This document shows positions 1 to 9,903 of a DNA stretch of 64,000 bases, piece by piece; the first letter of the stretch is position 1; every line of letters starts with the position of its first letter. The notes under the pieces were generated by a model that searched no databases, was not told the origin of the DNA, and worked only from the letters and a program-made list of their open reading frames with translations. The position numbers were made by a program, and so were the translations under genes. The stretch is from Monocercomonoides exilis PA203 (Eukaryota; Protista; Preaxostyla): the NCBI GenBank assembly GCA_001643675.2, contig LSRY02000024.1:620001-684000 (forward strand), in the 5' to 3' direction.

Positions 1-3000
1 GAGAAGCAGAAGGAAAGGAAACAAAGCAAGTGAGCCGAAGCAAAGGAAACAAAATGAAACTTCTGTTGAATCAACAATATTTTTCACGTCTTCTCAGATG
101 GCAGATGCAACTTCTGTGTCTTCTTCTCATTCAGAATTTGGTTCTGATGTTTATCCTATCAATTCCTTTGTATCGTCCACATTGATGGAATGGGGCTGTG
201 ATCTTGTGTTGGCTGGCGTTTCGCTTGTTCCACTGATATTCGCTCTGAAGCTGCCACACACAATTCTTGCTTCTATTCTGTCTGCTTTGGTTGAGCGAAT
301 CAAGCCGTCTGTTGCAGAAAAAAGCAGCATGACAATTGATGAAGGATTAAAGCCGTTTTCAAAAATGAGTTCTGAAGAAACTGACTATTCTTCGATGACT
401 TCTTCCTCTTCTTCTTCTTCTATTTCTTCGAGTCTCTCTGTTCCATCTGTCCCAACGCAATTGTCAGTTACCGAACGTATTTCGCGCTTCTTTACGTTTC
501 TTTTCGATTCCTTTGAGGCAATTGGTTCTTTCGCACAGAAAGAAGGCGAAAAGGCAATTCGGATGAAACTCGATGCTTCGGATAAATACAACAGAAATAT
601 GAGCGAAAAAACAAAAGGAAGGAATGAGAAATTATCTAAGGAGAAAAAAACAGAGAAAGAGCTGGAAGATCGAGAAAACAATGAAAAGCAGCAGAACCAG
701 GAGGACGAAGAAGAGAACGAGGAAGAAGGCGACTATTTGAGAGAGCACAACCAGCGGGAGACACTGCAGGCGATGCTGAATGTGGCGGTATCTGATGCTG
801 TATGCAACGGATGGCTCGGCACAAAAGTACTTCAATGGATTGAGAAAACATTGAGCACCCTTTCTGATAGAATGGATGAGATTGCGAAAATGCACAGTGA
901 AAATGGTGAAACAAGGAAAAATGAAGATGATTCGATAAATACAAATGAACAATTGCCTCGTGACGAACAACCAGCAGCAGAGTCTATTAATTCTGATGTT
1001 CCCGAGCAGAATTCTTCCTTTTCAACTTCTCAAATTGAACAAAGTGCTGCTTCTGAGAAAAAAGGACCAACGAAAAAAATTGAAGAAAATGAATGGAGTG
1101 TGCTCTGTTTCTTTAGCAGCTGTGCTCTTTCTGTTCTGGGTGTGCTGTGCAGCTGGAGCACGTCGCTGGCACATCAATACATCTGGATCGTTTCGAAGAT
1201 TCTGACACATTTTCGAAATGAAGTTACAATGTGGTCTCAAAAGCAACCCATGGCAAATGCTACAACTTCGTCGCTGCCTTTGACCATTCAACAATACTCT
1301 GACTCAACATCTGGAAATCAATTTGCTTATATTCTTCCCTCTTCTCTTGTCTGCTGTGCAGTTTATGTGGCTGGCGAGCTGTGCTGCATCATTCCCAACG
1401 AATCACAGCCACTTATTGACCAGCTGCTGTGGCTGATGACACACTCTGAGGCAGTCATCTCTTCTTCCGCAGCAGAAATTATTCGAAAGATATCAGTGAA
1501 GCAGGAAAGAAGTGGAGAAACGGATTTCAAAAATGTATATTCGACTGAAAAATTAGAGAAAGGAACAGAAAGTTCAGAACAAAAAGATTCAAATTTAAAG
1601 ACGCAAAGAATTGATAGCAGCTTTTCAAATGATGGAGTTTCGATGACTGTCATGCAGAAAGATGCGAATTCAAATTCTTCTTCCAACATCTTACTTAATG
1701 GCTCAACGAAAAAACAGTATGTTTTCAATTCTTCCATCCAATCTGTTGTTCTGTGCCATTCCCAATTGCGAGAAGCACCTTTTCTCGTTGTGTCTTCGCT
1801 GCTATTGAGTGGAAAGCTAAAAGGGATGGATTCCACTCTTGCCCTTTCACGTTGTCTTATTCCGTGCAGATTTGTTCGGTTTCTGACAAATAATTCAATC
1901 AATTCTTCACATTTTGCTAGAAATTCGGAAGATGTCTTATCTTTGGCACTCTACAGTCAAGATTCATCTTCTCTGCCTTTTTCTCCTTCACCTGTGCGCT
2001 TTTCTTCTGCAACTCAGCCATCGGAATCTTCTTATTCATCGTTGCCATCATCGGCAGCTCCTTCATTGTTCACGGCTCTCCTTCCAACTATCTCAAGTTC
2101 GTCTCAACAGGATAAAAAGCCTGTTTATTCTGCAAAACTCAATCTAAATGCGTCTTCATTGCTGCATCTGTCTACGAAAGGAAGGCAGACTCCAAGAGAA
2201 CTCAAATCGCAACAACCATTCAACAGCAGTGGAACAATATCCACACAAATGGCTGATCAACAACACAATATACATCGAAATAGAGTCTTTGAGGATAAAA
2301 ATTTGGCTTTGGAACCGCAACTTTCATCATTCGCTGAAGATGCGCTACTTCGGTTGACCCGATGGAGCCGTCAGCTGTTCAATCTTCTGTTCAGCCAAGC
2401 TCAAAAATTAGAGTCAACCGACGGAAGAAAGCGATTGAGGGTCAAAAAAAGAGGCAGCGTGAAAAAGGAAGGAGAAAAGGAAGAAGATGATGATGAAAAT
2501 CGGAAAGACAACAAAGACTGGGGAGAATTGCTTTCGTTGCAAACAACAGTGATGTTTGATGTGTTTGTGGGGAGTGCAGAAATGGGCCCTGGTGAAGATA
2601 GCAGAAAGGATCGTCTTTTTGTGATTGATCAGTTGTGGAAAGTGCTCAATAAGGACAAGAAAAAGGTTGTTAACTTTTGTTCATAGAAAAATTTTATTCA
2701 TCTTTTGATAAACCTAAAAAAAAAAATTTAAAAAACAATTTAATTAATTAATTTATTTATTCTTTTTCAATTTTCAATTTTCAATGTTTTTATCCATTTT
2801 CTTTCTCATTCTTTCTTTCTTTTCTTTTCTTTTTTTTTTCAGCAACAAGAACTATCGCTGTTATTTTGTGAGCATTTGCTGAACATCTGCCTGTCGTATC
2901 GTCCAACTTCAATTTCGCAAAATATTCATTCTTCATTTTCAAATGAAGTTCGCACTGATGCAACAGGTGCAACAGCTGCTCTACAGGCATCTCCAGCTGT

Positions 3001-3373
3001 AAATATATCTCTTATTCCGGATATTTCTCTCTTTCTCTCGTTTTTGATTCCATCCGCCGATTCTCTTAAACTGCTTCTCAGTGCTCTGCAACGTGGTCTT
3101 ATTTCTTCAACTTTTTTTGTGCCTGCAACAAGCTCTCAAATGATGCAGGTGTCTTCTTCCAGAAATATTCTTCCAGCATCTCTGAGGGAAATAACGAGGA
3201 AAGCATTAATCAGTCATGTCAAGCTATTCGATGACTATCAATCTTCTTCTCAAAAAAAGACCGCAAATTCTTTAACATTGAAAGAAAAACAAAATTCTTT
3301 TGCAGATAGAAGATTAGTTTTTTCGAGGCAAACTGTTTCACTTTCTCAACAAATTTTATCCATGCTCCAATAA
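1..3373 (+). CDS. 5'-truncated large protein, possibly a HEAT-repeat condensin non-SMC subunit (CAP-D2/CAP-D3, Cnd1-like); exons <1-2665 and 2843-3373
   Basis: The frame is open from position 2 through ORF 98-2686. A phase-0 intron at 2666-2842 (AAG|GTTGTT ... T-rich tract TTTCAG|CAA) joins it to the frame of ORF 2876-3373. The segments LREAPFLVVSSLLLSGKLKG..LALSRCL and EPQLSSFAEDALLRL resemble Cnd1-domain HEAT motifs split by Ser-rich insertions. The CDS is solid; the product call is tentative. Confidence 0.5.
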
Positions 3374-3665
3374 TAGATTCGAAAGTTACCAATTGGCAAA
3401 ACGTGAAACAATTTGAAAGTGCATTAAATAAAAGCTACATTCATCAATAAAATTTTTCAGCATACTTCAAACCGAGTTTTTTCTCATCAAAGAAGATGGA
3501 CTTTTATTCAAAGTTTGTGAATTTCACAAAAGTCTGCTTTATAATAAAGGTTAATTGAATTCTTCAAAATGTGTTGTTTTTCAGCTTGGAAAATGGTGAT
3601 TGGTTTTTGATGATTTTATCTTTTTCTTTTTCTTTGGTAGAATTTTTAATCAAACTCAATTTTGA

Positions 3666-5115
3666 GGCAAGACCTGAAGATATGGGAACGCATGGAATAA
3701 GTTTATTTCTGTTTTTAATGTTTTATTATTTATTTATATGCAATTGTTATTTCCAAAAAACATGCAGAAACTGGTCAAAAATATAATTTTTATTTATTGA
3801 AAATAGGTCATTTTTAAGTATTTTTGGGTTTGATCAAACATTCATCAAATGTCTTTGTCACAAAGAATGTTCACAAAAACACCTATTTGTGAACTCAACG
3901 ATCCATTTTCGGATGAAATGGGTGCTTGAAAATGGTATTTCGAAAATGTGCTGGAAGGAGAAGCTCCAGAATGCAAACATGATAAATGCAAAATGATATT
4001 CACATCCGGAGGTAAATATTACAAATATTGGAGATGTGGAAAATGTGGCAAAAAACAGTCAGTTTTTAAAAACACATCTTTGGAAAATTCAAAAATACCA
4101 CTGAGAAAGTTTTTGATGATTGTTTTATATTATTACATTGGTATATCATCTGCACACATTTGTGAACTGCTTGGAATAAGTGAAAACACAATTCATTATT
4201 GGATGAGTGTTATTCGAGTCAGATGCACATCTATTTGGAACAAAAATCAAGCTGTCATAGGAGGGCCGGGAAGAATTGTGGAGGTCGACGAAGCGGTTTG
4301 GAGGCGCAGAAAGGATGGGCGAGGGGAAAAGAAGAGGCAAATTTGGATATTTGGAGCTGTGGAAAGGAAACCAGAGGGAGGTGCGGGGAAGAACTTCGTG
4401 ATGATCGTGCCAAATAAGGAGGCTGAGACATTGGTTCCAATTATTCGAGCCAAAATTCTTCCTGGAACTCTGATCATGAGCGATGAATAGAAGGCTTATG
4501 CCAGATTGAAAGATTATGGTTACGCTCATGATACTGTCTGTCACAAGCGAGAATTCAAAAGCAAAATCACTCATGCATGCACAAACACTGTCGAAGGTTT
4601 GTGGATGAATTTACGGAAATTTTTTCCAAGAACTGGATGAAGAGAAAGAATCTTGGGGACTATTTATCAACGTGGCTGGTCAGAAGAAATTTGCTTATTC
4701 AATTTGAGGAACAAATAAAGAAAATCGTCTTCGATTAAACTGAAAAAGAAAACGAATTGGAAGAATCAAAAAGAAAAGATAGTGTCTAAACAAAATTAGA
4801 GACAGAATCTGATATTTAAGATGAAAATGACATTTCTCAAAAGACAGAATTTGTAATATCTGATTCAATTGGAGCCGGGGACTGTGCAAATGCATCGGAA
4901 TTTGACCCCATGGATGTTGATTAATTATTTTATTTTTAATTCTTGTTTTTTAAAATTCATTCACCCATTTTTTCCTCAATTTTTCATTTTATGTTTTTGA
5001 CTTTTTTGTCAACTTCCGCACATCTCTAATGGAGAAAACATGATAAATATTATTAACAATCCTCATATATTAATTTCACAGAAAATAGGCTATTCCCATG
5101 TAATGCGGTCTTTCC
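3666..5115 (+). mobile_element. Merlin (IS1595/ISXO2-like) DNA transposon, full-length but defective
   Basis: Imperfect 23-bp TIRs: GGCAAGACCTGAAGATATGGGAA (3666-3688) versus the reverse complement of 5093-5115, GGAAAGACCGCATTACATGGGAA (17/23 identical, 5'-GG ends). They enclose an ISXO2-type transposase. No TSD visible. Confidence 0.8.
3849..4738 (+). pseudogene. Merlin/IS1595-family DDE transposase pseudogene
   Basis: N-terminal Cys zinc ribbon (CKHDKC..WRCGKC), an HTH-like segment, and the motifs IGGPGRIVEVDE, WIFGAVER, PGTLIMSDE*KAY, HDTVCH, TNTVEGLW and YLSTWLVRRN. In-frame stops are TGA 3927-3929 and TAG 4488-4490, with a frameshift near 4636. Confidence 0.88.
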
Positions 5116-5117
5116 CT

Positions 5118-6099
5118 TTTCTCTTCATCCAGTTCTTGGAAAAAATTTCCGTAAATTCATCCACAAACCTTCGACAGTGTTTGTGCATGCATGAGTGATT
5201 TTGCTTTTGAATTCTCGCTTGTGACAGACAGTATCATGAGCGTAACCATAATCTTTCAATCTGGCATAAGCCTTCTATTCATCGCTCATGATCAGAGTTC
5301 CAGGAAGAATTTTGGCTCGAATAATTGGAACCAATGTCTCAGCCTCCTTATTTGGCACGATCATCACGAAGTTCTTCCCCGCACCTCCCTCTGGTTTCCT
5401 TTCCACAGCTCCAAATATCCAAATTTGCCTCTTCTTTTCCCCTCGCCCATCCTTTCTGCGCCTCCAAACCGCTTCGTCGACCTCCACAATTCTTCCCGGC
5501 CCTCCTATGACAGCTTGATTTTTGTTCCAAATAGATGTGCATCTGACTCGAATAACACTCATCCAATAATGAATTGTGTTTTCACTTATTCCAAGCAGTT
5601 CACAAATGTGTGCAGATGATATACCAATGTAATAATATAAAACAATCATCAAAAACTTTCTCAGTGGTATTTTTGAATTTTCCAAAGATGTGTTTTTAAA
5701 AACTGACTGTTTTTTGCCACATTTTCCACATCTCCAATATTTGTAATATTTACCTCCGGATGTGAATATCATTTTGCATTTATCATGTTTGCATTCTGGA
5801 GCTTCTCCTTCCAGCACATTTTCGAAATACCATTTTCAAGCACCCATTTCATCCGAAAATGGATCGTTGAGTTCACAAATAGGTGTTTTTGTGAACATTC
5901 TTTGTGACAAAGACATTTGATGAATGTTTGATCAAACCCAAAAATACTTAAAAATGACCTATTTTCAATAAATAAAAATTATATTTTTGACCAGTTTCTG
6001 CATGTTTTTTGGAAATAACAATTGCATATAAATAAATAATAAAACATTAAAAACAGAAATAAACTTATTCCATGCGTTCCCATATCTTCAGGTTTTGCC
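5118..6099 (-). mobile_element. Inverted, 3'-truncated second copy of the Merlin element (982 bp)
   Basis: Reverse complement of 3666-4647; coordinates sum to 9765 and ORFs 3948-4490(+) and 5275-5817(-) translate identically. It carries the same stop codons and has one mismatch in the TIR (GGCAAAACC vs GGCAAGACC). Confidence 0.9.
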
Positions 6100-6249
6100 G
6101 TATTTTCCTTTTGGTGAAGTTACATAAGTGGGAACAGAATATTGATCGAAAAATGCAACTTTTATTTTTTTGAATATTTAACAAAAGGAAGCTTTCAAAA
6201 AAATTTTGACACATAAGAAAAAATTACACCTCGATGAAAGTTATGTTTT

Positions 6250-6511
6250 GTGTTATTATTTTTGAAATCATATTTTTTCATACAAAAATTTTGGAACAAA
6301 AATATTTCAAGAATACAAACAAAAAAAAAAAAAATTGCAAAGTGAAATGGATAATTGAATTCATTTTTATCTTTGATTCGGAAAAACCATTTGTTTTTAA
6401 AAACAATTATCATGCTTTTTCTGTTTTGAATAAAAATTTTCTTTAAAAAAACTGACAATCTTTGTAAAAATAACACACAGAAAAAAGATATGATTTCAAA
6501 AATAATCACCC
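6250..6511. mobile_element. MITE family A, copy 1 (~260 bp, ~22-24 bp TIR)
   Basis: GTGTTATTATTTTTGAAATCAT ... ATGATTTCAAAAATAATCACCC. A colinear diverged copy lies at 42580-42837. No TSD identified. Confidence 0.6.
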
Positions 6512-6770
6512 AAATTTCCAAAAATATTTATTAGTTTGCATTTTCTTTAATAAGGTTCTTTAGATTAATTATCAGTTGAATATAATAACTTATAATTTTC
6601 ATCAAAATCTCATTCAGACTCACGAAATCTCACTTGGATGGATGTGACAAAATTGTCAAGCATTTGATTCCATTTGAGTGAAATAAGAAAAGTTTGAATG
6701 ATATTTTGATGAGAAAATTCAATAGTCCTTTAAACTTGAAAATTTCAAAAAATGAAATTTTCAATATATA

Positions 6771-7131
6771 TATATATCGCCAAAAATACAGGATAAGATC
6801 GATTTCGCAATAACTGCAAGAGGAATAATTCTGACAATTTTCCTCAAAAATAAATCTAATCAATTCAAACTCAATTGATACACAAAACTTTAAAACCTTT
6901 CTCGTTTGTGCTCAGAAAAAAATTATTAGAAAAATCTCGGAGAAACTCAAAATCCTATTTCTCCAAAATTTTCAATTATAATTTTTTCCTCGTTTATGCT
7001 CGGAAAAAATGAAAGTCTTGTATGTCACGTGAGTTTGTATTGATGAGATATATTTTGTGGAAAATTGTCAGAATTATTCCTCTTGCAGCTATTGTGAAAT
7101 CGATCTTGTCCGGCATTTTGTGCGATATTTG
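6771..7131. mobile_element. MITE family B (Tc1/mariner-type hairpin MITE), copy 1
   Basis: Long inverted arms (TATCGC..AAATACAGGATAAGATCGATTTCGCAATAACTGCAAGAGGAATAATTCTGACAATTTTCC and its reverse complement at ~7058-7127). Homologous to 20614-20971 and 43064-43441. Termini degraded. Confidence 0.8.
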
Positions 7132-7377
7132 TGCGTGAAAGACAGAAAAAAAAGCACTTTAAACATGTCAAACAATATTATCAATTTTTTCAAATAATGA
7201 AAAAATTAAGATTTGTTAATCACCATATTCCAAAATTTTTTTAATATAAAGTTATTATTTTTCTGAATTATTTCTATTTCAAGAAACAAAGAATTTATGA
7301 ATAAGTATTGTTCACACAGAAAAAATAAAATAGAATCTTTGAGATACAAAATTTATCGAATAATGAACTTTTGCAAA

Positions 7378-9673
7378 TAAACATCTGCGTCACATGCCTT
7401 CTGACGTGAACATTTTTGGAGTGACGTTACGTGAGTGAAAAAAAATTTAATTCTATTATTTTTAAAAATATATCTTTCATCAAAAAAGATAATGCATGCA
7501 ATAATTGAATTATTTAACAATTGATTTTTTATTTCATTGGAATTAACAATAATAATTATTGAAAATTTTTCAACCAATTATTTGCAATTATTTTAGAAAC
7601 TATGGGTTGTGTAGTGATCAATTTTTTCCAGTATAAATACCAACGCACAAACGTCACTGTCTGTCACTGACGTAATTCAAGTCAATAAGGCATTTTTTCA
7701 AATGTTTGTGTCTTTTCATATGTTAAATATTCTTTTATTAAGTTTTCAACTTCACAAAGTCATCCAATTGATGTTTGAAAAATATAATATATTTTTTTCT
7801 CAATTTTTCTTATATTTTTTTCATTCATTCAAATTATTAGAGCTTGTTTTTCACAAAAAGCTGTTACAAACATATGAGATGCTTGTTAAAACATATACAG
7901 TTGTTGGAGATAAGAGTCTAAGTGCAAGAAGAGGATGTTTGTTCGGTTGAAGGAGGAGTTTTTATCTTCTTTGGCTGGGATCAGGACAAGCGGTAAGCGT
8001 GCAAGGCGCTGGCATTTGCTGCGGAGCATCTGGACAACGACGTGGAGAAGACGTATCAAACGGTGCTGTGTCCTCTGATATTTACGATTGGGAGCTGGAT
8101 TCCGGGAAAGCAAAAGAAGTATTTATTGGTGGCTGAGGAGTGCGTTATGATTGGGACAGAGCAGAGCAAGAGCGAGCAAGATGCGATCAGGATCTGAGAA
8201 GACGTGTGGTGAAGAAGAGTGTGGGGGCAACCGATGTTTTCAGTCTGACCGTGCAGAGCTGACGGATAGATCAGTGGTGGGAATATACAGCTTGAGTTCG
8301 TATGGAGGGAGCTGCGCTGTGCTGTTTTTCCTTCCTAATACCTGAATGTGGAGAAAATAGCGGAGAGTGGATTGTGACACATCTTTTCGATCAGGCAAGG
8401 CGGATCACAGAGAGTCAGGGAAACAAGAGGATTGTGCATGATGTGATAGGAAAGAGCGAAGCAGAAGAGGAGGTGGTGAAACGGGCTGGAGGAAAAGGTG
8501 AAGAAGGGAAGGCAGAGGAGGAGAAAGAGGAAGAATGAAAGTTTCATGAGGCATCAGCGATTGTTCTGGAGGGGAATGGGGAAGGTGCAGGCAGGAGGTT
8601 GAGTCTGTATGAGTTGTGTGGGTTGCCTATCATCCTGTTTATTGGGATAAGTGGTGCGTGGATGGTGGTGATTGTGTGGCACTATGAACAGCTACTGCAT
8701 CTGGCGGTGTCGGGGAAGAAGAACTGGTGCAAAACCGAGAGAAATAGGAGTCGGTGTTTTTGTGGATGCTGCCGGATGGGGCAGAGGAAGCAGAGGGAAG
8801 GTTGCTGCTGAGTGCTCTAGTGCAGAACAAGGAGGCAGCAGCGACAGAGCGGAAGAGCAAAGTTAAGAGAGAAGGTGTTGAAAGCAGAGATGGAGAAGAA
8901 AGTGGTAATGAAGCTAAGGAGATTCACGAATGCAATGAAAGAAAAATGGAAAAACGAAGAAAAGGTGAGGAAATTAATCAAAGCAATGAGAAAGAAGGAA
9001 GTGATGGAGGAAGAGAAGAGGGAGAGGCAGAAATGTCTGAAGAGAGAGGAGAAAGAGATGGAGCGGGGAGGAGAGGAGCAGGGAAAGGAAAAGTGGAAGA
9101 TAAAGTGGAAGGAGAGGAAGAAGCAGAGTGAGAATTGAAAAGAAATCTGCTGTGTCTGTGATTTTTTTTTTAATATATTCATGAAATAGAGTTTTTTTTT
9201 CGTTCTCTTGGATAACAATTCTCTGGAGTTTGTTATTTTCTTTGTAACATATCAAATGAATTTTTTTCGTTAAATAATACTATTGAAAATAAAAAAGAAC
9301 ATATTAGGTTTTGTTAATATAATTAAAAAACAATATTGAAATCATGGAAATTGAATCAAATAAAGAAAAAACTTGTTAACCACAAAAAAACACTCAAATT
9401 TTTCTCTTTTAAGAAAATGAATTATAATAACTATTTGAAACAAAAAAACATTCTTCTAGAACATTAACAAATAAATGGAAGAAACTTGTTGAATATACGA
9501 AGTGTACGATATGACTTTTCTCAAAGAGGAAAAGAGGATTGAAATGAAGAAATATTTAATTAAGGTTTACTGAAGGAAATTGATATTTTTTATATATTTT
9601 TATATATTCTTTCATATTGGGAAGTCATTTATTTTAAATGTGTTTTTATTTAAAATATTAACTATTCCTTCCG

Positions 9674-9721
<48 letters not shown>

Positions 9722-9773
9722 ACGGGCACTGACTGACGTGACCTCACTATTTCCTATGTGACGCAGATGTTTA
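7378..9773. mobile_element. Non-autonomous hAT-like (Pack-type) TIR element 1, 2,396 bp
   Basis: Perfect 18-bp TIR TAAACATCTGCGTCACAT (7378-7395) / ATGTGACGCAGATGTTTA (9756-9773), flanked by TTTGCAAA at 7370-7377 and 9774-9781. The paralogous locus has the empty site (TTTGCAAT, 45925-45932). Subterminal TGACG/GTCAC motifs; A-tract at 9674-9719. Confidence 0.85.
7879..9138 (+). pseudogene. Decayed host-type gene carried inside element 1
   Basis: GC-richer coding-like segment broken by stops and frameshifts: MFVRLKEEFYLLWL..., ACKALAFAAEHLDNDVEKTYQTVLCPLIFTIGSWIPGKQKKYLL, KFHEASAIVLEGNGEGAGRRLSLYELCG, FLWMLPDGAEEAEGRLLLSALVQNKEAA and a charged C-terminus. From memory it resembles a multicopy Monocercomonoides hypothetical family. 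No transposase motif seen. Confidence 0.6.
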
Positions 9774-9903
9774 TTTGCAAATATAATTTCTTACAGAATG
9801 CTAAGTTTAATTTTTGAGATGGAAATGAATTCTTTTTTGAAATGGAACCCTTTATAAATGTTAATTGACCACTTTTATTCATTTTATTGATTAAGCGTTA
9901 GAG

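Noticed and set aside
9674-9719. Poly-A tract downstream of element 1 cargo as a retrocopy signature
   Set aside because: It lies ~540 nt from the cargo end, has no own TSD, and similar A/T tracts are common throughout the window.
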